A stretch of DNA of 63,440 nt, filler included, from Licmophora abbreviata (taxonomy: Eukaryota), in NCBI GenBank assembly GCA_900291995.1. It is 8 parts of 8 records of this genome, joined end to end, with 100 filler letters (N's around TTAATTAATTAA, not from the genome) between each part and the next. Parts side by side here need not be neighbours in the genome. Positions count along the whole stretch, not along the records: positions 23,097 to 34,762 come from OLMU01003664.1; positions 34,863 to 38,228 come from OLMU01003667.1; 6 more parts are not named here. One strand, written 5' to 3'. The position numbers and the translations under genes are program-made. The notes under the pieces are model-generated. The model was not told where the DNA came from and did no database searches. It saw nothing but the letters and a program-made list of their open reading frames with translations. Below are positions 25,001 through 35,955 of this stretch, one piece after another (within the stretch, counting starts at the first letter, position 1; each line of letters opens with the position of its first letter).

Positions 25001-28000
25001 TTCTTTTTTGTCCATGTACGAAGAGCTTCTGGGCAGCAGTAGTTTTGCTGTTGAGGCACTGCGTGACCGAGTCGATGGGAAAAAGATCCGAGTCACAAGT
25101 GAGATGAGACTCTACCGTGGTGCTCACGCCTCACAAGAGCTCAGAAACGTGCCGACTACACTATCCGCACAGTCGCCGACCCTGCCTCCAATCCAGTTTG
25201 ATCGCGATTTCCACGCTCCTTCGATGTCTCTCTCTCGAGATGGCCGCACTGTAACTTGTGTATCCCAAGATGGCAGGGGCTCGGCTTTCGCAACAGTTGG
25301 TTTCACGAAAGGAGTGCATTACTGGGAAGTGAAGATTGAACAAGGCGATATAGGGAGCGTGTTCATAGGCGTTGCCGAGAAACCGAATGGTGCCATCGGC
25401 TCGTCCTCATCAATTTTTCGTGCCGGTTCTGTCGGGCAGGAGATCCAACCCCGACTCAACCGATGGCTCGGTTGGGGATTTGTAAATTTCCGAGCGACAT
25501 TCACGGCGGGAGCCGAACGTGTTTACGGCGCTCACTGCCATTCAGGCGATACAATCGGGGTCATGCTCGACTGTGACGCTGGGCGGGTATCTTACTTCTT
25601 TGATGGCCTCAAGTATGGCGAGCACATTCTCAATGACCTGGGTTGTGCATTCGAGAATCTCTCTCCGTTCGGATTCAATGCTGATGGTTGCGGCAGTGGC
25701 GGGGCAGGGCAAGGAGCTCCAAGCGGAGTTGAAGGAGGCCGCGGAGGGCGATACCCGGCTCAAGGCTCTGTCAGACCTCGAGCGCTTTGGCCAGTTGTCG
25801 GCCTTCGCACCCCAGGAGACAGAGTTACGTTTTCGACCAAGTGGATGACGAGTCCTGGAATCGATGGTCCAGTCACAGTGAAAAATGTCTTAGCAGTGGA
25901 TGAGGTCTTGTCTACTTTCTCCCAAATGCAAAACGAAAGGTCAAGTAAGCTTCCAAAGTGGTTCATAGAAGAAGCATATCTGGAATACAGTCGGTGGAAC
26001 TTGGGAAAAGTGCATCGGACTTCTACCAGGGGAAGTGGACCGTTCCAGACCGCATGCTTTGGCCTAGATATCGACATTGATTGTTCTCCGCTTGCAAGCG
26101 CTGCCGCTTGTGCAGCGCTTGGCCTGCAACAGGTATTCTTACCTGGTGATCGGGTCCGCATCAAGCGGAGTGCTGGTCGCATGTTGGAGCTCGCTGAGGA
26201 GGCCTTGATTCTGGGAGCTTGTCAAGGACGGTTGTATTATCGCATTGTTTCGCAGAAGAGTGAAGGCGGTAGTCTGACAGAAGGCGGAGGCCGCGCTTGG
26301 TTTTGGGACGAAAGCGAGGTAGTAGATGATGGCTTACAGCCCTTGGGGCTGCTAGAGGGCCGGGGGGTGGAGCTCCCTCTGCTCGATCGGTTCAGGTGCT
26401 TGTCTACAGGGGGACTCAAGATTGTCTACCAGGGTGGGGCAGTTGTCCGCACGGACCTTGAAATCTTCGACGGATCAGACAACATTGGGACTATTCCCTT
26501 TGAAACGATCATCCCAAGAGCTGATGTGCTCGAACGCCGGGTGAATTCTTGTGGTGTTATTAGGTACCGGATACGGTACAGTGAGCTGGAAGGTTGGATC
26601 AGCAGCAATATTCGTGGAGGAAAGGAGGAAGCTATTGTCGAACCAGTGACATCTGATCTTGACGAGAAGATAGGCCGAAGCTTTCGAACCCCAATGGAAT
26701 GTGCGCTGGCTTGGCAGGAAAAATTCAACAATGAGCGGTTTCAGGATAACTCAGTGAGCGAACGTGCAACTGAGTTCGCTGTTCGCGATCTCGGGCAGTT
26801 TGAGGAGCTCTTGAATGAAGCAATTATCCCTGGCTTTTCAATTGTAGACTCCGACACTCTTCTTGTGTCAGTTGCGAGTGCAATTGCAGGCTTCACGAAG
26901 GATGGTGATGCTGTGGATTGTTCTTTCGGTGAGATGGCACCCGCCGTATCTTTACTTTGCGCATCTACGGGAGGTGATTCATTGGTAGCCGCCGAAGTAC
27001 TACCAGGCGCGTATGAAGCTGCTGCGTCTGTAGTTGCGAGCCTCAAGGTGCCACTCCCCCCGGCAAGAGCCCTGCTGGCAAGGATCGCGATGCTTCGCGC
27101 ATTGAACAGGCGAGCGAGAGTAGCGCTGCCTTGGCTATCTGCGCGTCCTTCCCAAGAGGGCTCCGCTATGTTCGGAGGACTTTGCGGGTATGGTTCTTCT
27201 GTCGAGAGGGCAGGGCGTAGTTCACGAACAGCTGCAACTGAAAAGGTAGACTCAGAGACGCTCATTCACCAAGACGAGACTATGACCGAATATTTCTCAC
27301 CTGCTCGCCTTTTGCGTCTCCGTTTACTGCCGCAGTGGTTTCAGGCCCCTTCGCTTTCATCCCGGGTCAGGGATTGCCGAGGCCTGCTCTTTTTTACCGT
27401 GAAACGCACCTACTTGGAAAGCATTGTCAACGCCACAACAACTCCCACACCTCTGTCTCACGACGAGTATGAACTTCCTCGCGAGATCCGAACCGTTCGG
27501 GTCAATCGACTGAAGGCTCACCGTGCCATGGCTGGCTCCGACAATCGCACCAAACGTAAACATGGTGTCTTTTCGCAGCTACAAGGCGAGACGCGGTCGT
27601 GGGGTGGCGCGGCTCTCCGCCGAGGCTTTGTGGCCAAGGGTCATGGTGGTCAGAAGCGAGCATTCAAAGTCAAGTTCATCTCTGAGGGAGTCAACGACTA
27701 TTCTGGTCCTTATCGTGAGGCGTTTACAGACGCACTTCACGAAGTTGTGGATGTCGATGGTAGCGGACGTGGATCGCTGGGCGTTCTCGATCCGACACCA
27801 AATAACGCCTCCGAAATAGGAGAGCACCGGGAACTTTTCATGTTTGCAACCGCCGACGCTGACCTTGTGGGCCAATGTACCCCCAACCCATTGGCGACGA
27901 CAGAAGAACTGCGAATTCACGAAAGTTTTGCGAGCTTGACGATTCCGAGAGATGAATCAGCTCGCGAAGTAGAAGAATCTCTTGTGTCCTTGGGCCGCCT

Positions 28001-28673
28001 TGTCGGGACCGCCTGTCGCCATGGCATCCCGGTGGATCTACCGCTTCCTTTGAACACCGTTTGGAAAGCAATTACGGAACAGTGCTCCTCAGAACAGGAA
28101 AAGCTGGAAGAGTTGGATTATTTGGCGTCGCGCCTCCAGAATGGAACGAACAAGACAGTGTTGTTGTGCTGGCAACAGCGCATGCTGAACTCATTTGTCG
28201 ATGGAATCTCCAACGTTCTTCCCACGGAAGCCTTGTCGCTTCTGACGGGAGAGGAATTGCGAGACTTTGTGTGTGGCAATCCAGATGTGGATGTGGACTT
28301 GCTGAAACGCGTAGTGGAATATGAAGGATTCGAGGACACGGACAGTGTTATTGAACACTTTTGGGAGGTTCTTCGAGAAATGAGCAGTGCAAATCGCAAG
28401 AAATTTTTGCAGTTTGTGTGGGCAAGAAGTTCCCTTCCCTTGAAGGAGAGTGACTTTGAAGCCCCCTTCAAGATTCAACGAGACGGTACAGCTTCAGGAG
28501 ACGACGCGCTTCCGAGCGCGAGCACGTGTTTCTTCTCCTTGAGCCTACCGAACTACAGCAGGAAAGAGATACTGAAGCACAAGCTGCTGTTTGCGATTGA
28601 GAACGTGTGCACGATGGAGAGTGATTATGTCACGAATGATGCGGAGCTTGGTGAGGGATGGAGGGGATTATAG
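13010..28673 (+). CDS. Giant HECT E3 ubiquitin ligase (~5,000 aa): UIM-like motifs, 3 SPRY/B30.2, 2 UBA, MIB/HERC2, SH3-like, C-terminal HECT. Introns 13115-13212, 16372-16450, 23328-23408, probably 27246-27335; spans gap 22997-23096
   Basis: SPRY (GVHRWAIRLD, GKWYYEA..GCLQIGW, GVHYWEVKIE), UBA (QMAELGLPRSWSELALRRTGG.NIEAA, QLLEMGFP..WCAEAL..GNNVDEA), MIB/HERC2 (VTRGVDW...YRYGGDGGRFDL), HECT (FKVKFISEG...GPYRE; LPSASTCFFSLSLPNY with catalytic Cys); splice sites restore frame. Confidence 0.92.
22997..23096. other. Artificial scaffold spacer N44-TTAATTAATTAA-N44 (others at 34763-34862, 38229-38328, 46533-46632, 53160-53259, 54317-54416, 55855-55954)
   Basis: Identical 100-nt spacer with stops in all six frames, present 7 times. 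Confidence 0.98.
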
Positions 28674-28782
28674 ATAGAGAGGATCGGGTTCGTGCATGAA
28701 ATGGATGATCTTGTAAACATAGAAAGAGATGATTATATAACTCTTGACTTCGTGATTGATGTGCTAGCGCCAACTGAACCGA

Positions 28783-29211
28783 TCAGTATCCAATCAGCTT
28801 GCGCCCCTTCTCGCTGGTAAAGTCGAGGCCTGGCAAGGAGATCGAAGGCGGTTTGTCCTCCCCTTTGACTACCGTTTGTATGCCCAAGATTCCCATTTCA
28901 CCCCCGTCACTACTGACACTCCCACTGAGTCCATCTCGGCGATCCTCCTGACTACAATAAGAATCACAGTTGTCCTTGCAGTAGGCCGGGTCCTTTGGAG
29001 CAATCGTGGTACACTGCTTGAGGCAATCTTTCATGCAATCCGTCGCGGCGCAAGCGGGTGTGGGCATGCCAAAAATAGCGGCGCTTGCGGTCGTTCCTAC
29101 GCTCCACAGGGCGACTCTCCTCGAGATTGTATCGGCAGGCGACGATAACGAGTCACTTGTACCTACATTGAGGCAGAAGGCAAGGAGAACTGAACGCATC
29201 CAGACCATCAT
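28783..29211 (-). CDS. Small Cys-rich protein, likely thylakoid lumen (signal + twin-Arg transfer peptide)
   Basis: Hydrophobic signal, then SRR + hydrophobic stretch + ACA|A; mature CX3CX3C-X10-CX3CX3C. Confidence 0.65.
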   Translation of the reverse strand: MMVWMRSVLLAFCLNVGTSDSLSSPADTISRRVALWSVGTTASAAIFGMPTPACAATDCMKDCLKQCTTIAPKDPAYCKDNCDSYCSQEDRRDGLSGSVSSDGGEMGILGIQTVVKGEDKPPSISLPGLDFTSEKGRKLIGY

Positions 29212-29295
29212 CGTCGTCGCGGTATCAGGTACTGGTAGACTGTGTCATCATGGAAAACGGAAACGGACGGCAGATCTTTTGGATCTCTCGTCGTT

Positions 29296-29391
29296 TCGAC
29301 TCGAGTCGAGTGAGTCGACCTTTTCGACTAGGAAAACTAGTCGAGCGAGTCGACTGGAGTCGAGTCGAGTGAGTCAGTTTGTCAGTCAGTC
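29296..29391. promoter_or_regulatory. Cluster of AGTCGAGTGAGTC / AGTC repeats upstream of the lumenal-protein gene
   Basis: Exact 13-mers at 29304 and 29363, one-mismatch copy at 29339. Confidence 0.5.
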
Positions 29392-29893
29392 TGTCATCTG
29401 TTACACTTCAATGGTCTTCTGAAGTGTCCAAAATCTCTCTGTCTCTCCAACAGCAACAATAACAACAAGGTTGTCTGTAGTTGGGAATTTGCGACGTACC
29501 TAAAAGTCGGGCGCGCCCTGCTTCCACGGCTGATAGGCTCAGGCGCAAATGGTGTTTTAAGAAGTAGTATCGGGTACCTCCCCAATATTCGGTAGACGCG
29601 ATCGTGGTACGATCTACTGAGCTTCAACAGAACCCCACATGCAAAACGGTAGCCGGCCCAACCGGTACCGGTACCTGATACTGGTAGTACCTAAATGAAT
29701 CCCTATCTTTCTTGTCGGTAAGTTCTTTTTAAAAGTAAAGCTGTTGCTTTTCGACGTAGATCTCAGGTGCTCAATATCATTGCCTGCGGTTGAGCACCAA
29801 GAGTGGAGTTCACTCCCAGGAAGAGTTCTCACCCAAGAATATCATACAGCACCTCATAACATGCTTTCTCTTACACCATCGTAGCTACGATAG

Positions 29894-30598
29894 TTAACGC
29901 TTCTTCTTCCCCTTTTTCTTCTTGCCGCTACCACCCGCTGCACTCGTTCCACCACCCGCCTTTTGCGGTGCCGCCTTGCGCGCCTCCTCTTCCTTGGCCT
30001 TGGCTTCTTTGAGCAGCTGCTCGGCTTCCTGCAATCTCCGCAGCCGTCCCGGTAGGGATGGTATGTTCTTGCTTATGTCTCTCAAGAGGGCCTTCTTGCT
30101 CCAGGTCGATGCAGATGAATCGTCATGAATATCAGGCAAGTCGTCCACATCAAACTCGACAGGCCCCGTGTTATCGTTTTTATTATTTTCGTTCCGTTCC
30201 ATATCCACCAAGACTCTCCCGAGATTATCCCATTGCGATTCAGGATCGCGCGAGTATCCCTTGTAGGGTTGCACGACATGGCGAATGCCCATGAGCTGCA
30301 AGGCTTCTCCAATATCCTGCACGAAGGGATGCTGCACCGCATCTTGCACCGCCACACGCCGTCCTTTCTTTACAGATTTCGAAGCATCCAAGTAATTTGG
30401 ATATATGACACTAAATTGCTTGTAATTCATGTGAAAGGTCTCGCTCATGGGCCAGACGTGAGAAATGTTCGCGTCAGGCTTGGGCGGCAGGTGAATACTT
30501 AAGGTTGGCATCTGCAAGTCCTCGAGGGGATTGGAAGGCATTTTGCGACCGCCGCCGACTTGTTTGACGCGGACGCGGCCGCCAGAATTTTTTCCCAT
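29894..30598 (-). CDS. SRP19: Signal recognition particle 19 kDa subunit
   Basis: IYPNYLDASKSVKKGRRV...K.YSRD...GRVLV and Lys-rich C-terminus. Confidence 0.92.
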   Translation of the reverse strand: MGKNSGGRVRVKQVGGGRKMPSNPLEDLQMPTLSIHLPPKPDANISHVWPMSETFHMNYKQFSVIYPNYLDASKSVKKGRRVAVQDAVQHPFVQDIGEALQLMGIRHVVQPYKGYSRDPESQWDNLGRVLVDMERNENNKNDNTGPVEFDVDDLPDIHDDSSASTWSKKALLRDISKNIPSLPGRLRRLQEAEQLLKEAKAKEEEARKAAPQKAGGGTSAAGGSGKKKKGKKKR

Positions 30599-31003
30599 TG
30601 TAGAAGGAGTGTAAGAAGGAAGGAGAGTATCACACAAGAATTACAATAGATGCAGCAGAGCAGCAACATCAACTTGAACAGTGACGACGACTCATTTTGC
30701 TTCAGTTTTAAGTTTTGAAGTTTTGCCGGTTTGGCAAAAAAGAAAACGTTTGTCCACCGTCCGATTCTGAAATCGAGCTCATAACCCTTTGTGAGCTAGA
30801 CGAACCGAACCCGGTCTGTTACATGTACGATGTACTACTACTCCGTACGAAGTATCATACGAGTAAATAAGTACTGGACCCGACGATAAGTTTCTCAACT
30901 TTGAAACTTGAAAAACACCATGACATTCTGTAATTCCTGCGATGATAGTCTGCCGGTTATAGTCTATAATAGTATTCTACTCTGCTTCATCGTCACCACC
31001 AGC

Positions 31004-31816
31004 ATGTCCGCATTCGTGTCCTCGTCTGTACCGTGGCTTCGCTTGGCGCACAAGACTGCCATTGTGACTGGCGCTGCTTCTGGAATCGGCGCCGCAGTGG
31101 CAACGGCCTTGGCCCACGAACACGGATGCCTCGTGATTGCCGCAGACCGGAACGCATCTCGACTCCAAGAGGCAGTGCCGATGGACACTGTGACTCGTAC
31201 CGGAACCATCATTCCCGTTACTTGCAATGTCAGTAGTGAAAAAGAGGTGCAAGAGCTCTTTCGTCAGCAGCAGCACGCTCTGCAGGAGGCCTCTGTTCTT
31301 GTCAATTGTGCTGGGATTACACGAGATTCTCTCTGTACTAGCATGACGACCGACCAACACTGGCAGCCAGTATTGGACGTGAACCTTACTGGTACCTTTC
31401 TCATGTGTCGAGAGTTTCTCAAATTACAACAACACACCACCGCCACTACTACTAGTACTAGTACGCCACGGTGCATTGTCAACGTTGGCAGTGTCGTATC
31501 GGAAGGGGGCAATGTTGGACAGGCTAACTATGCAGCAAGCAAGGGTGGTGTATTGGGACTGACGCGAGCCTTGGCCAAGGAGTATGCTTCCAAACGAGTT
31601 CGTGTCAATGCGGTACTACCGGGTTTTATAGACACCGAAATGGTGCAAGCGATACCGGACAAGGTCAAGAACGAGCACATTCTCCCCAAGGTCGGCATGG
31701 GACGATACGGGCGGCCCGAAGATGTAGCGAATCTCATTCTGTTCTTGGCAAGTGAGGAACGGAGTGGATTCATTACAGGAGAGTGTATCGAATGCTCTGG
31801 CATGATTTCATTGTAA
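31004..31816 (+). CDS. Classical SDR, 3-oxoacyl-ACP reductase/HSD17B8-like
   Basis: TGAASGIG, VNCAGITRD, GQANYAASKGG (YxxxK), PGFIDTEM, GRYGRPEDVA. Confidence 0.9.
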   Translation: MSAFVSSSVPWLRLAHKTAIVTGAASGIGAAVATALAHEHGCLVIAADRNASRLQEAVPMDTVTRTGTIIPVTCNVSSEKEVQELFRQQQHALQEASVLVNCAGITRDSLCTSMTTDQHWQPVLDVNLTGTFLMCREFLKLQQHTTATTTSTSTPRCIVNVGSVVSEGGNVGQANYAASKGGVLGLTRALAKEYASKRVRVNAVLPGFIDTEMVQAIPDKVKNEHILPKVGMGRYGRPEDVANLILFLASEERSGFITGECIECSGMISL

Positions 31817-32209
31817 TTGTATGAACAATTCAGCTCGTACGAGTAAATGTAAGTGAAGTACAGACGGAGTTGGGGGAAGGACACGACTATATCATCGCAC
31901 ACGCATGTTCTATGCGTCCACTCGACTCAGAGCAGTTTGTGATTGTGGGTAATTTTTGTTGTGTATATATATCTCTAAACATTTTACGTAACTTTGCAAT
32001 GCTGAAACACTTTTCCGTTCCTTCAGGGCGGCTGACGGAATCAATCAATCAATCGCTCGAACGAAACGTCTCTCTAATTGTTTGGACAAGGATTCACACG
32101 CCGCAACTCGACGAATAGAATGTGTGATCTTCTTTGTCTCTCTTTCCTCATGAATAAACCATCAATACAAATATAACTCTTTGCTCCAGAGTTTGCATTC
32201 AAACATAAA

Positions 32210-35200
32210 CTACCATGGCCATCGCAGTGCCCGACGAAGTCGGTTGTTGTTGCTGCTGCTCCTGGACAAGCTGTCGGACACCGTGGCGGTAGCCATGCTG
32301 CACGTGCGTGGGACTTGCGCATTCTCGGCGCATGCCGTATTGGCAATTGTGTACTCGCCACACACCTTGTCCTTCTTCTTCTTGTACAAAAAGTACGAGT
32401 CTAAACGCCAATTTGGGTTTGCGGTAGGATCGGGACCGTCCTTCTCACCCCAACCGTTAGGGAAGGTATCCGAACACGAAACGTGCAAGACGAAACTCGA
32501 GTCTCCCGCTGCTGGCTCAAAGAGCATTTCTACACCGCTCAACGGAGTAACGATACCAACGCCGGGAATTTGTGTGGCACTGCCTTTGCTGTCATGACAA
32601 CCTTCCAGAACGACTCCATTCTCAAAGCGGAACTGGTAGGCTGTGCTGTCGTCATTATTGTCTGCACCACACCCTTCCCTGACGGACATGGCAGCCGTAT
32701 CGACAACGTAGTTCACAGAAACGGTAACAGTCTGTCCGGCGAGAATATCTGTTCTACATCTGATCTCCTGTCCGAATTTCAAACAGCTGCCGGAGGTGAT
32801 GGATGCGCCATGGAATTGCAATCTTTTATCGACCGAGTCGGAAATATCCACATCCACGAGGTCCACCGTGTCGATGTTGGTCACTTCAATGTTGAAATGA
32901 CCATCCGTACTAGATGGATCAATTACGCTGGGCTTAAACTCCTTGTAGATCAGAAGCGGACCGGGAGTGGGAGTCGGTAGAGGCGGCAGATTGTTCGTTG
33001 TGGGCGTCGGCGCGGGTGGGTCTCCGGCGATTTCTACCTCCGCGTTACTGCAGATTGGCATGGAACCTGCAGAGACCTCAACACATGCCCAGTTGGGTAC
33101 AATATACCTGTCCTTGTCTCCGCACGGATCTTTGTCTTCCTTTTTGACATAGAAAGACTTGATTTTCCACATGGGATTATCTTCTGGTGTGGGTCCCCGG
33201 TCGCCCCACCCGTTGGAGAAGTCCTCCGAACAGGAGATGTGCAGCTCGAAGCCGTCGTCGTTGTCGGGTTTGAAGAAGATTTCGTTCTTGCTCACGGAAG
33301 TGACCACGCCGATACCGGGGAAGATAGTTTCCGCGCCGCCCATCGAGTCTTCCCCCGTCGAGCCTTTTCCTCCCATGCGCCGTCCGCCCGATTCTGTCTC
33401 GTGACATCCATCGATCATGACGCCATTCTCAAATACGAACTGGTACGCAGTTCCTGTCACACACGAGATGGCAGGACTGAGGGTGGAGTCCACGATGAAG
33501 GTGACCGTGACAACGACTCGGCCGCCGCTTGGAATATCCACAGTACAGCTGACTTCTTGTCCTGTACTGCCATCGCAGCTACCGGTGCCCGTCGAGACTA
33601 GAGATCCTGTGACTTGAAGTATGGGATCAACGGAGTCTGTGATGGTTGCACCAATCAAGTCTTGATCGCCGTTGTTGGCGACGGTCATGGTAAAGAAGCT
33701 GGTACTCCCTGGAGTAACTGTCTCAACGTTGAATTCCTTCTCCATTGTGTATGGACTTTCCGTCGGCGGGAAGGTCGAGAACGCCGCTGGGGGTGGGGTT
33801 GGAGTGTTATTGTCTGTTGTGGGCGTCGGCGCGGGAGGATTTCCTATCTCCACCTCTGTTTCGTCGCAGATCGGAGTTGAATTAGCGTCGTCGAAAACAC
33901 ATGCTGTGTTGGGCACTATATACCTGTCTTTTTCACCACAAGTTTTTTCGTTTCCGTCTTTTCTGACATAGAAAGACTTGATCTTCCACATTGGGGTTAT
34001 CTTCTGGTGTGGGTCCCCGGTCGCCCCACCCGTTGGAGAAGTCCTCGGAACAAGATATATGCAGCTCGAAGCCGCCCGTTCCGCTGCCACCGCTACCTGA
34101 ACTCCCGCCGACGCTACCGTTACTAGTCCCGCAGCTTTCGCATGTTCTGTCCATCGCTCCAACTGGTTGAAAGTAGATATCATGTTTGCCCGTGGATGAG
34201 ACAACGCCAACGCCGGGAATCACATTGTCGGGTCCATCCTTCACGTGGCAACCTTCGATGATCACACCGTTTTCAAAGATGAACTGATACGCTGTACCGG
34301 TGGTACACGAGACGGCCGTACCGAAACTGGCGTCAACTGTGAAAGTTACAGTGATGACAACACTCGAGCCGCTAGGAATTTCCACTGTACAGCTCACTTC
34401 CTGTCCAACTGTGTCGTCACAATTGCCAACTTCCATAGGAACGGTCGCCCCAAGCACATCGAGGATTGGATCGACAGAATCTGTGATAACTACACCGCTC
34501 GCGGTTACATCCCTGTTGTTTGTGACAGTAATTGTGAAGGAGCTGTTTTCATCTGGAGCAACCACATCTGCGTTAAAAGCCTTGGCAATTACCAGCGGTA
34601 AAGTCGCACTTGGGGCAGAGGTTGGACTTAAAAATGGTTGCGAGGTGGGCGTGTCTGGAACATTCGGGATGACGATTGGTGCTTTACTCGGGCTACGGGT
34701 AGTCAGCACAGTCGGTGAGTCAGATGGTGGTTGACTAAAACCTCGACTCGTCGGAGACCCGCNNNNNNNNNNNNNNNNNNNNNNNNNNNNNNNNNNNNNN
34801 NNNNNNTTAATTAATTAANNNNNNNNNNNNNNNNNNNNNNNNNNNNNNNNNNNNNNNNNNNNAAAGGAGCATTCTGTCAGAACGTCGGAGATTTTGGAGA
34901 TGCACATCGCCAATTGCGAAAGTCTGCTACTTACGTGAATCAGACAAACACCAGTGGGCGCAAATGAACTTTCAGGAGCAGCCACACTTGGACTATTGCT
35001 TTGGGTGACTGTCGGAGTCATCGGGGGGAGTCCGAAGGCAGAGGAATAGGGACTGGTGTGGGCTCTGGGTTAGGTTCCTGCGAGGGGGACGTAGTAGGAG
35101 AAATGGAAGGTGACACAGTAGGCAAAAACTGCGTCGGATCCACCGGTGAAGCAGTGGGAGCGGTCACTTCGAAGAAATACAAGTCATCATTTTGACAAGA

Positions 35201-35955
35201 ACCACCAGTCGGTGGATCAGCATCTACCTCCAAACTTGTAGCGTAACTAGCATCGGCACAAAGATCAACGGAAGTCACCTCAATGACGTTCGTTGACTGT
35301 CCAGGAGACAAGAGCGTATCCATGACGCTTCCCAAAAGGGAGGTTGTCTCTGAGTTTCGGGTCCTATCCACCTTTGTAATAGTCATGTCGTCCGTCCCCA
35401 CGTTGGAAATCGTGTAGGTGTAGACAATGTTGAGTTCGCATCCCTCCAAGCTTGCTGTTAGATCCTCACATGCAATATTGCCGAGTCCTACACACGTTGT
35501 CTGAACCTGTACGGCAATGACAAATCAAGTAAACAATCAATGTTGGATATCATCAATGCAAAACAATCATACCACCGGACAAGAGACACATTATTACTTA
35601 CTTCTATGAGACAAGAACCATCTGGTGGCGGCGAAGGGCTAGATGAAGGTGCCGCAGTTGGTTCGAAGGCTCCAGATCCAGCGGGAGCATCAGTTGGTGC
35701 ATTGTTACTGACAGGTCTCTCGGAGGGTGCCGTCGTTGGCAGGAATTCAGCAGGACCAGCCGGAGGATCACTGGGAGCATGTGTACTCATGCTCCCCAGG
35801 AGAGTCTCCCAATACTCTTCATCCTCGTCCACGACATCCGCACGACGGGTTTTCGGTGAAGTTGCACTGGTCGTTGGATCGCCTCGGACGAGACCAGTAG
35901 TCAGTGCGGAAACCAGGGGAACAACGACCAATGCGATCGATGCCCGGACGCGCAT
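32210..35955 (-). CDS. Large secreted Pro/Thr-rich protein with DUF11-like beta-sandwich modules. Exon 35955-35602, exon 35506-34935, gap, then 34762-32210; apparent frameshifts at ~35025 and ~33994
   Basis: Signal peptide MRVRASIALVVVPLVSALTTG; PT/PS linkers; repeats 'K.F....F.I.V.N......ITDSVD..L.......C....GQEVSC.V.I..G..V..TV.F.VD'; GTAAGT donors. Confidence 0.75.
32280..34590 (-). repeat. Three intragenic ~700-800 nt module repeats (approx. 34590-33845, 33745-33030, 32950-32280)
   Basis: Protein repeats; 33177-33226 and 33997-34046 are identical over 50 nt. Confidence 0.9.
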
